A DNA stretch of 64,000 nt, from assembly GCA_012295275.1 (NCBI GenBank), contig CM022665.1:40920001-40984000 (forward strand). Reading direction: 5' to 3'. The position numbers were made by a program, and so were the translations under genes. The stretch comes from Chrysomallon squamiferum (taxonomy: Eukaryota; Animalia; Mollusca). Of this stretch, positions 26,006-38,570 are shown piece after piece. The notes under the pieces were generated by a model. That model had not been told where the DNA came from. It saw nothing but the letters and a program-made list of their open reading frames with translations, and did not search any database. Position 1 is the first letter of the stretch. Every line of letters starts with the position of its first letter.

Positions 26006-28589
26006 TTTTTTTTTTTTTTTTTTTTGGAGGGGGGGGATGTTTTATGGTTTCATGTATAAAAATAATTTATATTAGTTACAAGATATCCATGAAAGTAAAA
26101 TGAAGAGACAGTTGCTATACATGGAAATAATTCGGACACAAGGATAGTAATTATTTGTTTCTTATTCTTTTTTTCATCTTTTTCTTTTTTTGTTTTCTTA
26201 TTTTACAGTGTTTCTATTTCTTCCTCTTCTATTTCCTCCTGTTTTATTTCTTTATTCCTCTATTTTGTGTTTCATTTTTTTTTTTTTTTTTTTTTCTTTT
26301 ATTCTACCTTTTCATTTTTGTCTTTCTGTATTTTCTTTACTTCTTTCTTTCAATCGTTTTTCTTAGTCTCTTTAATTTCATCCTTCTTTTTTCTTTTTTT
26401 CTTTCTTTCTTATTATTTCCTAACATTCCCCATAAATATGTATATATGCTGTTCCATAGATGTCTTCTAACTAATATATATTAAAGCAAAACTTTCTGAA
26501 ATTAGTTTCCATAAAAGCCAATGGATTTCTTTGATCCAGAACTAATTATCTCCCCAAAAAAGAACTGAAAAATTAACACAAACAACTTTATACGTCGGGT
26601 TATACAAAAACTGAAAGGTTCATTAAAAAAAATTTCCAAGCTGTCTGTTCCAACAATTTCTTTCAGTATCTCACAATTTTCATCAAAGATAAGAATTTCA
26701 TTAGTGTCAGACTGCTGCCATTCCATTAACTGAAAATATCATTTACAGATGACCTAATTACATTGGATCACTGACAAAGTAAGGGGAAGAGAACTCAGAA
26801 AAATAAGTATGTGTGTAACAGATATTAGTGTTGAAATATTACAGTGGTCGGATGCATAAAGCTGGTTAAAAATGCATTATAATGAAAAGGATTTAAAACA
26901 TACTTATTGTTATTGTTTTTTTTTTTTATATATAATTTACAACCTCGGTTGATAGCATTTGCTTAAAACATATTATTACAAAAGTGATGTAAAAACACAT
27001 TCATTTTAGTAGCTGTTTTTTTATAATTTACAATGCCTGTTCAATTATGGTTAAGATTTGACTGCTGGTATGAAGTATTTCATCTAAAGATAAAGAATGA
27101 TGTTTAATGCATTATAATTTTAATATTTATTATATAACGAAACCTTTTTTCTGTTTTACAATGAATGATTATGAGATAAAGCTGAAGGCTATTTGTTATG
27201 AATTAGCAGTAAGACATTTTTCATATGCACCTTGATAGGGGGAAAAAAAAAAATCTTTATTATACCAGTTGTTGAGCAGCAAGATAATTTATTTACTGCT
27301 ATATGCACATTCATACATATATGTATACATAATAAAGAAAACGCCTCTCTCCAATATTTTCATCCACACGAAATTGCCTATTAATGAACTACACATATTT
27401 ATCTGCATTGGTGACATGCTGGCATGATGTTTGAATGGTAACAAGATTGATTCTGGACTGTTTTCTAACCACTGCTTTATCAGTGAATGTCATATGTTTT
27501 GTCTTGTCTTTGGGAAGGTACAAACACAAGGTTCTTTCATGCTGATTGACAAAAAGTAGTCTGTTGCATTTCAATAGTGGCCTTATCTGTGTGGTTCTTA
27601 ACTGTTTACATGAAACCATTGAGCTTCAGATTAAAAATATAATGAATACATCTTTAAATAAACCATTTCTTTTTCCCTTTTTTTTTTTTTTTAATGTTTT
27701 ATTCCTGTCAGTAAAAAGGAAATATCTGATGTTATGGGAAAACTGCTATAATTGAGACTAATCTCTTACAGGCAAATTTCTCGGTATTGAACTGTCTTTT
27801 TTATTCTCATTGAATTGACAGTAATCTAGAAACCATTATGCGTATTTGCATGATTTTGAAGTCATAACACAAAGTGAGTGCTGTTTACAAATCTGTGTAA
27901 ACTGAAACTCGAAGAAAACATATCAATGCCAACTGATATTGTTGTGCACAGTCACATACTGTCAGTGAAGAAAAACAAATAGTGAAGCTTTATTAAACAA
28001 ACATTTTCTCATTCTCGTTATGATACCATTAATTCATTCTGCACCCTCTCATTAGTTTTTCATTATACAACAGATTCTTGCTTCTGGCGCTGGGTCGCAA
28101 ACTACATGGTAATGACATGCACAATTCTGTTTGTTGTCCTTAAGTAAATATACTCTTTGCTGAATGTGCCCCTTTTGACAAAAACAAAAAAATGAACAGT
28201 AAATAACATTGGGTTTTTTTTGTTTTTTTAAAATTCTGTTCATCTAGGCTTGCTAATGGAATGATAAAGTAAATTTTTTCAAAGAAAAACATTGTTATAA
28301 AAAGAAATATTTGGAAGTCAAATCACATTATCTGCATTATTTTCCATTTTGATGGAGTATAATGAACTTCCATGAAAAACATCTTAAAATCTAAGCATTG
28401 TTATAAAGGCATGCATCTGAATCTATTAAAATACAGTACACAATGCTACTGATTTTCAGTATTGAAGATGTCAGAAGAATTTATACATAGGAAGATAAAG
28501 GCTGATGAAATATTAGGTTACTGTTTTGTTTTATATGCAACATGATTGTATTAATAATATATACATCTGTTGTAATTTATTCATCCCTC

Positions 28590-29062
28590 TTAATTTATTT
28601 TTTATTTTACTCTTCTTTCTATCTTTCTTCTTTTATCTTCCTTTCTTTGTTTTAATTTTTATTCATCTCCTTTTCGATTGTTTCTTTTTCTTTTTCTTTG
28701 TGCCTTCTTTCCTTTCATCTCTCTAGTCATTGTGTATTTCTTCCTTTCTTCTTTCTTTCCTTTCTTTCTTCCTCTATTTCTCTCCTTTCCTTCTTCCTCT
28801 ATTTCTTTCTTTTATCATTCTTTCCTTATTTCATTCCTTATTCTTTCTGTTTCTTTCTTTCCTTATTCTTTCTACATTTCTTTCATTCTTTTTCCTTTCT
28901 TCTTTCTTTCCTTTCTTTCTTCCTCTATTTCTCTCCTTTCCTTCTTCCTCTATTTCTTTCTTTTATCATTCTTTCCTTATTTCATTCCTTATTCTTTCCT
29001 TATTCTTTCTTTCCTTATTCTTTCTACATTTCTTTCATTCTTTTTCCTTTCTTTTATTTTTC
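28590..29062 (+). repeat. Polypyrimidine (CT-rich) tract containing a 151-bp tandem duplication
   Basis: ttcctttcttctttctttcctttctttcttcctctatttctctcc... occurs at 28741 and 28892. Confidence 0.92.
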
Positions 29063-29461
29063 CATACTGTTTCTCAACAAGGGACAGATCCCATAACAGG
29101 CAATTGGGAAATTGCCTGAGGACATACATACAAGAGAAATCGTTTACACCATTAGTGTTGGTATCTGTCAACGGAGTGCTGTGTCTCACACAAATTAACA
29201 CTAAATGTGTTGACTGTGCAACTTGGATGCAGGTTTTAACATTCAATTAGTTGCTTTTTACTTCCAAAAGCAACAAGATGGAATTCTAAATGGGCTTTTA
29301 TTGGGTTAATGTTTTTTTTTTCCTTCTATGGTGACAGAAAAACACCACAAATTGGGCCAAGTGCTGCAAGGGAATTGGGTGAATGGGTTTTCAGTAAGAT
29401 AGAGTACAGACTTTATTATGTCTAACTGTCATGCGCTTGTTGCATGCAGTAGGTGTGGGCT

Positions 29462-29676
29462 AAAGACCTGTGGTAGTTTTTAGTTATCGCTGGTTACTGG
29501 CTCTATCCTTTGTGGTGCTTCCATAGTCTACAATTACACTGAATTGTATTGTATTGGAACAAATGAAATTCAAAGACAACATTTAGATATTTATGCACAG
29601 ATTTATTCAACCACATAATTATCTGCCATTTTGTTACATTACCACTGGTCTTTTTTGAGGCAGTTTCACGATTCCA
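29462..29676 (+). repeat. Diverged direct repeat, copy 1 (partner 32312-32492)
   Basis: tggtgcttccatagt.tacaat.acactgaatt...tgaaattcaaagaca..atttagatatttat...tgccattttgtt is shared between the copies. Confidence 0.9.
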
Positions 29677-29754
29677 TCCTCCCAGAACAAGGCACCTTTC
29701 TGGGCGATGAACTGGTCTAAATGCTATAAATATCTGTTCCAACCTTGTTCATGT

Positions 29755-29995
29755 TGCTAAGGAATGATAATAAAGAATGAAGCCTCATGATGCCATGCCA
29801 GGAGCTACTAATTTTTGATTAGTAGTAAGAAATGTTCTATATGAACCTTCTGATACAGTGTAAAGGATGTTCTGTATGCAGCTTCCCACAGAGAGGAGAA
29901 AGCACATACTGAGTTTCTCTGACAAGTAAATCATGAGATACTGGCAGGATTGGGAAATAACCTGAAAGGGACATTGACAAAGTTTGATCATGTGT
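29755..29995 (+). mobile_element. Possible Helitron RepHel fossil
   Basis: Colinear fragments LLRNDNKE* / EAS / AMP / YEPSDT / NHEILAGLGNNLKGTLTKFD resemble the region between Rep and helicase in Helitrons (GLLxDDxEW..EA..MPxQLRxLF..CEPSDP..N.AL..IE..L..GKxL.xF). Broken by stops and frameshifts. Confidence 0.4.
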
Positions 29996-30954
29996 ACAAG
30001 ATCACTCCACCACTAAAATAGCGGTCTGCCTTGCAGAATGTATTCTGCATGTACTGTACAGTCAAATGGTCATGTTGATTTAAGTATAGGAGAAAAGTTC
30101 TTTATCCTGTGACCCAAATACAATGAGACATAAACATGTATAAGAGACGGCTGACATTTTGCTAACATTTGTACACAGTATGACACCAGACAATAACACA
30201 CAAAAAAACATGAAAAAATAATAATAATTTTTACAAAAAAAAAAGAAGAAAAAATAGGTCTTTTTGCCTCTAGAAGTGTATGACATTCTCACTTAAGACT
30301 TTTAAGCTGTGATAATTAAAAAAGTTTTGGACGTCAGAGTCGTTATGATGTTTTGTAAAGTGTTGATGGCTCGGCTTGTCACATTCGCGTGCGAGTGTAC
30401 ATTATTGGATGATCTACGTGACTGCTTTCTGTACAAGAAATGACATTTCACAAGGCAGCAGAAAGTAAAGGTTATGAATTCTGACAAACTACAATTCAAC
30501 TGACTTAGTTTTAATTTCATGTCAGCATCGGCTTAGAGCTTATTTCATGTCAGTGTATTAGTTTTATTTCTGTGTCAACATCATTCATAGTTTTATTACG
30601 TCAACACCTTTCATAGTTCTGTTTCATACTGTCAACACTGGCTTAGAATATATTTTTTTGTTAACATTTTTAATAATGTTATTACAGTTAATTAACACCC
30701 TTTCTTATATCAAAGAAGTAAAGTGTTTTACTAAAAAAAAAAAGCACAAAAAAACACAAAACACTAAAATATTAGTTTTCATTACAAACAAGAATCTGGA
30801 CCAATCCTAAAATTAAAAAAGCAAAAAAAAAGATAATTGACTTGATATGACACAACTATTCCCAAACTGCTACATAACAGCTAAATTAGTGTCACTGATG
30901 GACATTCTGATGTAAGCTAAGTAGATTACTATTGCTTGTACTGTAACTGGCAGT

Positions 30955-31150
30955 TCCCTTTCAGATTTGTTGAATTGAATTCTGTATGTTTTGTAACCTC
31001 TTGAATTCAGTTCCGTACATTTTTGTTGCCACTCATTGAATTAATTTTCAGTACATTTTGTAACCACTTGTTGATTTTACTCTGCATAAATACTACAAAT
31101 TCAGTTCTGTACAACATTCTTTTGTAACCAGTTGTTAAATGCTCTGTTTT
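30955..31150. repeat. Degenerate minisatellite (ttgaatt...ttctgtaca..ttttgtaacca)
   Basis: The motif recurs about five times. Confidence 0.65.
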
Positions 31151-31368
31151 GTAAGACTTTATTTTAATGTCAATGTACTTGGATCAGGAAACTGCCCAAA
31201 GAAGGCACTGAGAAGAAATGCTCCTGTCAACCACCATGCATTAAAATACTGACTGTCTATCTACTTTTATTATTATCTTTTTTTTTTTATTTTTACTTCA
31301 TTTTTACTTTACTTTAATTTGTGTTTAGGTGTTTGCTATAATCAGATCATATTGCAATCAATTTTAAT

Positions 31369-31407
<39 letters not shown>

Positions 31408-32311
31408 TTATTTATTTTTTAATTTTAATTTTTTTTTATCTTTTATATAAAGCTAATTATATATTTCAAAGCACCACAATGAAGCAAAACAAGACAAAAA
31501 ATTTCTAGACATACTAAAAACAAAATATATTTCAGACAGACGAGACAGTGTGATATTCCATACTGATTAGAAATATGAATTTACCTTGGAGACACTGGAA
31601 CTCTGTTTTTTTTTTTTTACTACTGCTATTACTACTGCAGTTGCAAACAGTTTTTTGTAGTTGTTTCTTTTTTACACTTAGTCAGTTCCCTTTTTAACAT
31701 TATTATTACATACATTTGTTTTTACATGTTAGTAATTTCAATTTTAAAAATTTAGGACATAACAAAGATTAATACAGAATTTTTTTTTACATATATGTTA
31801 TTATTTATATGCATCTATCAGAATGTGAAGATGTTTGTAGACAAATGGGTAATTATGCAAGAACATGCTTAGGATTTTCAGAAAGATTTTAAACATTAAA
31901 TCTTTTCTTTGATGTTTCAGTTGTGTGTGTGCATTATTCTTGGTTTTGTATTATCATAAAAGTAATAAATAAATAATTATGATATTAAATAAATTCATTT
32001 ATTTCTTTTCATGAGACAAAATCTGATTAAAAAAATAGATTAAAAATACTCTTCAGAACTATAATAAAAATCAAATTTCAATGCACAAATGAATTATCAT
32101 TAGATTTAATTAGAAATGATAAACAAAATCAATACTTAGAAATATTGTTATTTTATAACAGTATCTATAAAGCTGATAGATTTATTATCAAATGTATTGA
32201 CATCTTTCTGTTATTATCAATATTTTAAACATTTTTATTAAAAAGAAAAGGAAGGAAAAAAAAAAGCCACATAGACAGAAGACTAAATAATAAAAGTGTA
32301 TAACAATCTTA

Positions 32312-32492
32312 AAAAGACCAGGTTAGGTATCATTGGATATTGAATCTATCCTCCATGGTGCTTCCATAGTTTACAATAACACTGAATTAAATATTTTTAA
32401 TTGAAATTCAAAGACACTATTTAGATATTTATACATATTGTGCCATTTTGTTTCACCAATCTTTGCTGTCTTTGAAGAGCTACACGAGTCCA
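32312..32492 (+). repeat. Diverged direct repeat, copy 2 (partner 29462-29676)
   Basis: Same blocks as copy 1, with small deletions. Confidence 0.9.
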
Positions 32493-33099
32493 GCTTTAAT
32501 TAAATAATTAAACAGTGAAAGCTTATCATGTGCTATACAGACTGTATTTTGAAGATTGAGTTTTTAGGAAATTTTAATTCATGAATCATCCATTTCTATA
32601 TATATATATATATATATATTATTATTTTTTTTTTTTTCCTTCCATGATGTTTAATCTACAAGAACCATGTAAATAACCATGAATTATTTTTTTTTTTTAA
32701 TAAATAATTTACTTTTTTTTAAATTTCTTTTTAATTAAAAAAAATTAAATCTATATTTTTGATTCATCAGTTGCTTCATTTAGCAAAAACGCATCAATGT
32801 TTTTATAGACCACTGTTAGAAAATATGAAACAAATAGCAAAATTTCTTTCATACTTTTTAAATTTCCTAAATTAACAAAAATGATGTTTTAAGATAAATG
32901 ATTATATAGATTTTGAGAACCAACATAGATGAATAAATTGTTGGGTTTTTTTTATATGTTGTTTTGCTTTTTATTATTATTATTTTTTTTATTTTTTATT
33001 TTTAATCTATCAGAAATAACCAAAAATGATTTTTTATAAATATATAACTTACTGATTGCCTTACAGATTTGGCTATAAACATTGTTTAAGTATGCTTGT

Positions 33100-33380
33100 T
33101 ATGGACATAATCTAAGTCTGTACCAGATATTTAATTCACCATAATCCACTTTCATATTTATATTACAAACTGCTTTTTATTACGTAACCTTGACATAATG
33201 ACATACAATTACATCAGACATGAATATAATGTTGCGTGTTTAAAAATGCCTTCTGTGGGCATAACCTAAGAAGACTGTCAGATATTTAATCCAAAATAAG
33301 CCACTTTTATGTTTGTGTTATGAATTGTATGTTGCTATTACAACCTTGACATAATGACATACAACAGAAGCAGACATGAC
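33100..33380. repeat. Tandem duplication, ~156-bp period
   Basis: cagatatttaat...ccacttt...aaccttgacataatgacatacaa...cagacatga occurs twice. Confidence 0.9.
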
Positions 33381-33616
33381 TTCTTTCTTTTCACAAGTTG
33401 TTGCTAATAAGAGTCCTGCAGACATTTGTCATCAATGAACCCAAACTGAGATTAAAACTGTATTAAAGTCACAATAAGTACATCAATATCTTAGATAACA
33501 TGGCCTGCAGGCTGCCACACAGATGAAGATAAAGATGCTTTTAATCTTCAAGTTAAGAACTAACTGCCAAGATCAAAGCTCGAAGAATTTTTCAGTCACT
33601 TGTTGCTCAAGGCTTG

Positions 33617-33648
<32 letters not shown>

Positions 33649-34384
33649 AGATTTTATTAAGTCTTTTCCATCATGTTACAAATGCTTGATGTTATTTTCA
33701 TCATAGTTAAAAAGACCTGTAAAAAGATTTCATTTTATTTTTACATTTTTTATTACTTTTAGCATGTCTTTTATTTTCAGTATAAACAGTTATGACATCT
33801 ACTGTGAATACAAATTTAGATCATATTCTAATACTGTCCGTTTATTATTATCTTTTAAAATTATTTCTTAGAAACAAAGTATGCCATGCCAACATCCTAA
33901 AGCATATTACTTAATATAGGCCTGTGAAGGGTTTACCATGCCTGCACATTTTTGAGGGATAAAAAAAAACTGTTTTTTTTTCCTGTTCCAGCCAGTATGC
34001 TATTATTAGCATCTCCCTGTCTAAGAGAAGGTTCTTAATATGGATAACTCCTTGCTGTATGTTTATTATATTTTCAGACAGTGTATTTGCAGTAAAGTTT
34101 TTCTGTTCATGAAATAGTGAAATGGGTTAAAATGGCATTGACAAATTATTGACCAATTTTAATTTTATCTTTTTTTTTTTTTTTTAATATCTGACTGACA
34201 TTTATTGAAAATGTTCCAGACAAATATATTTCCAGAATCTGAATTAGGAGACAGTATTAATAAGATGTCAGTAAAAGGATTCAGTGCATATGTTCTTGTA
34301 ATTTCTCGGTTAATCATCAAAATCTGGGAGAGAGGTACTGGTATATGTTGTTAATGTGTACCATACAAATAAAATGAATTAATG

Positions 34385-34646
34385 TAAATAACGTAGACAC
34401 ATTCCAGACACTATATATTTCCATCACTTAACTTACATCAATATACTGTAGTGCACATACAAACAATAACAAATACAGATAATAAATAACTTGCTGTATA
34501 ATATACACAATAAAAATAAATATTAAATATAAAACAATGAAAATTACTGTCCTGGCTTTCACACACTGCTCACACTTTGCTTTTTAAAACCACGCAACTG
34601 TGTGACAGGAAAGGATGTAACTAAAATAGTGTCCTTTATTTGTTGC
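34385..34646 (-). repeat. Right arm of long-range inverted repeat (partner 6968-7230)
   Basis: taaataacgtagacac...gtgtcctttatttgttgc is the reverse complement of 6968-7230. Confidence 0.97.
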
Positions 34647-34699
34647 TGATATGTGTACAAAATAACACATACAGGGAAAAACACATAGCAAGGTTCTGT

Positions 34700-35230
34700 T
34701 TTCAGAAAATGTTCTGTATCAGAATACATACACTGTCAAATTTTTCAGAACAGTTTAATATCAACATACTTGGAACCTATGTCGTTTCAATTTAGTTACA
34801 ACTTATTCCATGCCAAATTGCCCAGAACCTAATTACTATCAAATTATTCAGAATGAATTCTTTACTAAATTACTCAGAACCTACTCAGTGTCAAAGTATT
34901 TAGAACCTGGTCAGTACAGAATCTGTCCAGCATAAAAATTCTCAAAAATTCTCAGACTTTTGAACCTATTCAGTATGAAAAAAAACCCCAGCAAACTTGA
35001 GAAGGTAGTATCAAAACTTATTCATATCACAGAAAACTTATTTATATCAATGAACTGAGATGTTGTTACTCAGAACCTGTTCAGTATGAAAACACTTGCA
35101 ACCTATGCAGTATCAATGTACTGAGAAATCAGATTCAAAGTGTTCAGTACCTTTTGAGTATCCATGAACTGAGGAGGTACTGTCAAAGTAATCAGTATAA
35201 AGATACAGTTCACTGTCAAGGTACAGGGAG
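34700..35230. repeat. Highly degenerate ~30-bp satellite (cagaacct.ttcagtat.aaa)
   Basis: The motif recurs many times with variation. Confidence 0.7.
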
Positions 35231-35772
35231 TTGAAATGATTTGCTCTCAACACTGAATCTTATATTACAACATTATCGGTGTGAACCATAAATCTCATTA
35301 CATACACACAATACAAACTAGCTATGAGGCATTTCTTACCAGCTGTATGACATTCTAAACTGCAGAGAATTTCAAATCGGTGCTTGACAAATATTGATTG
35401 GCGACAGAGATGTTTTGCAACTCGCTGGTTTGTCATAGCCAATGTTTTCCCTCATGCAGTTCGTGTAATTGAAGTTTAATCTGCTACTGCTTTATATAGC
35501 AGAAGTTATTTGCTGTATTAGTGCGACTGTGTGAATGTATGGCTTCCTTGACAAATCGTATTTACACTAATGTCATCTTGTAATGAGGCTGTATATTTTG
35601 GTTGTGGGTTTTTATTGTGAGGTTGTGTGTGTGTGAAAATGAGAAATGAATTCTTCTGGTAAGTGGATCAGATAAATTCTTAAAAACTAATAAAAAGGGA
35701 ACAACAACAACAACACAATGCACTAGTTTAAGACAGATTTCAGATTTTGAGGTCTATATATACTTATGTATG

Positions 35773-35811
<39 letters not shown>

Positions 35812-35883
35812 TCAGATGCAAATACCTATTCACACACACATGCATACACACATACATGTATACATACTCCACCCACATATCTT

Positions 35884-35896
35884 CACACACACACAC

Positions 35897-35934
<38 letters not shown>
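35884..35934. repeat. (CA)n microsatellite
   Basis: Directly visible. Confidence 0.98.
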
Positions 35935-35936
<2 letters not shown>

Positions 35937-36199
35937 ATAGACAAAAACACTGAAATAATCATACTCTTTTTTAATAAATAAACCACAGATAATTTGTTAT
36001 AATTGAGATATATTACATAAGTGCTGTAGTAAAGGAACAGTTACATAATACAGTTAGTTCATTCCTATCAGTTAAACTCATTATCTGTCCAAATTGCTTT
36101 ATAGTATATTTCACCAGCAAGTGATTTTAAACACAAACATCACATTACTTCTAGATGGCTGTGCAATGACCATATGTACAAAGTGTTGGTTTCTAGTCA

Positions 36200-36600
36200 A
36201 TAATGTTGTCTGGAATCTATGTAGAATTACCTAAAGATATGATTCTAAAGATATTTTTTTTTATTATTCTGTAAATACTGTATAAAATTGCCTGACTCAG
36301 TTATTTTAAAGTGAAGTTGTCTAAGCATTTTGTAGAATCTCTTACACATGATTCTAAACACATTTTATAGTGTTGTTTTCTCTAGATATTATGTAGGATT
36401 GTTTTACTGGTTATTCTAAACAGTTCTATAGGATTTTGAACAACACTGTGAATATTATATATAATTGTTGTGTGCATAATTCTAAACAAGATTTGTCATA
36501 TTGTATTCTGTGGATGTTACATAGTATAAACTTACATAGGATTCAAAACAAGTTTTTTCATATTATGTTCTGTGGATATTATACAGAATTGCACTCTAAG
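36200..36600. repeat. Highly degenerate tandem repeat (gattctaaaca...tgtaga/gatt)
   Basis: Recurring attcta(a)aca and tgtggat.tta motifs. Confidence 0.6.
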
Positions 36601-38349
36601 TATAATGTATAACTGTTTTTTTTTAAATATAATTCAATACAAGTTAGATAGTATGCAAAGTGAAAACATTTATATCACACTGATTGATAAAACTGTGTAA
36701 AACTGATAGTTTGACCTGACAGAGATGAAAAGTATTTTCACAAACGTTATTTGTTTCTTAGAACTGATCCCACCCTGAGGACCAATTCTGTAGCAAGCAG
36801 TTCAATAAACCTGCCTTTGATGGTACCTCAGCATTCAGAGGTTCGGTCATTAGCTTGTTATCGGATGTTTTGCTTACACCAGTAAGAAGAAAACTGCTAC
36901 TGTCCTCTGCAGACCACTTTACTGATTGTCAAAGAAATGCAGAGAAATACTCATAATGATAACAAGCAGTCAGGGATCCATTATGGACATGTTCTGAAGA
37001 ACAAATGCGAAAACTGTGACTTATTATTGTCCGTTATTGAGAAGTGAGAATTGTAGGGAAACCTCTAGAGAGGTTTGAACCCATAACCATTAATGTTTCG
37101 GGGAAATAAAGTAGGACTTGGCTACATGCAGTCATAAAGCTTACACCAGTTAAGCATTCTAATATTGTTTTTGTTTTTATATCAGTATTTTATGGTTCGT
37201 ATGTGTTTTAAAATCTCAGTGAATATCAAATTCTTCTTTAAAATGTTATGCAGAGATATAGTATATTATACTCATGAATTGTAATTATGAAGCTTTATCA
37301 AAACAAATAGTAATAAAATAAAAGCAATTCTGAAACAGATTTGCATTTATACTGTAAGTCACCTTAATGATTTTGTATTGAATAAACATAAAAATAAACA
37401 GTTACTCTCAGAAAAGAAAATAACAATTCATTTTCTTTCAATAAACTTTTTGTCTAATTTAATCACGTGAAGTAGATATGTCTGAAAAATGTTCATGAAT
37501 ACGTTTTTATTTGACCTTTCTTTAAAAAAAAAACAAAAATTATATAAACAAAACAAAAGAAAGCAAAATGTATTAAAAAAACAAACCCCTCAGTATTAAT
37601 TAAAACTTTGGGAAGAAAATAATTATCTTTAAATGACTGTCTCTCACAGTTGTGTTGAATTATTTGCACTGATTAAATAAATCTTTTATTCTTTCTCTGA
37701 GACTGCTCTGAAATTATTAGCCTCACCCAATGAGACCATTAAGCAATGGTCATAAAATAGTGATCTCCATTCTTGTTTGATTTGGGAAAAACAGATAAAA
37801 TAAATTAATTCACATTCCTTGATGCACTTACAGATAAAATTACCAGCATTTAGTTAACCACCAAAACATTTTGAAAGAACCTGTCCATTGACAATTCCTG
37901 TTTCTGAAAGAACTTGCAGGTAACAATTTTTAACTACATGGATTCCATTACTCACCAATTTACCTGGATTCTCTTACCACCAAACTTACCTGGATTCACA
38001 AAATTACACAAATATCTTGTATTCCAGAAAAAGCTTGCCCACCCAAACTACCTTGAATCAGAGATGCAGTCCTTTAGTATTTCTGGATAGAGTCACCTTA
38101 AAAATGATTGTACATTCCTGAACAAACTTGTGTTCTGTAACACCTGGGTTAACTTCCCTGTCAGAATTTCTTGTACTCATAGATGCAAATATTCATCAAA
38201 ATATTGAGGATTCCTTAATGTGTGATTACATACAAATTATCTTACATGCTCATTACCATGAAATTACCTTCTCCATATTAATTTGTTTACCTACCAATTT
38301 AATTTTAATTTTAATTTTTTTTTTATCTTTATCCAAAAAATTTAATCTG

Positions 38350-38570
38350 CATTCTTCTTCATCTTCTTTGTTGAACACTCATGCAGAGATCCCAGTACCT
38401 CAAAGAAACGCTGCTCTACATTCTCCACATGTCCAAAAAGTTTTTCCTTCAGGTTTTTGTCTGAAGGCCAAACAGCTTTCCTCTGGTTCTGTTAGGTGGG
38501 ACATTGTTGCAGAATATGTTCAGTTGTCATAGGGGTGAACCACAGTGGCATGTATCAGTGTCTGCCATCG
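38350..38570 (-). mobile_element. Decayed 3' end of a non-LTR retrotransposon (CCHC zinc-knuckle C-terminus; I/Ingi-like group)
   Basis: The minus strand reads MADTDTCHCGS/PMTTEHILQQCPT*QNQRKAVWPSDKNLKEKLFGHVEN, with one frameshift and one stop. This matches the CxCG...TxEHILxxCP...R...WP...LxxKLxG LINE ORF2 C-terminus. It is followed by a degenerate (GAA)n tail (gaagatgaagaagaat). Confidence 0.8.

Noticed and set aside
28678-29250. 190-aa and other F/S/L-rich ORFs
   Set aside because: Translation of a polypyrimidine tract. The same applies to the ORFs at 26155, 41043, 56020 and 56519, and to the VC/HT/LLL microsatellite ORFs.
37059-37076. Short near-palindrome aaacctct-ag-agaggttt as a Helitron 3' hairpin or terminator
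   Set aside because: No downstream CTRR end. An 8-bp stem is expected by chance in 64 kb.
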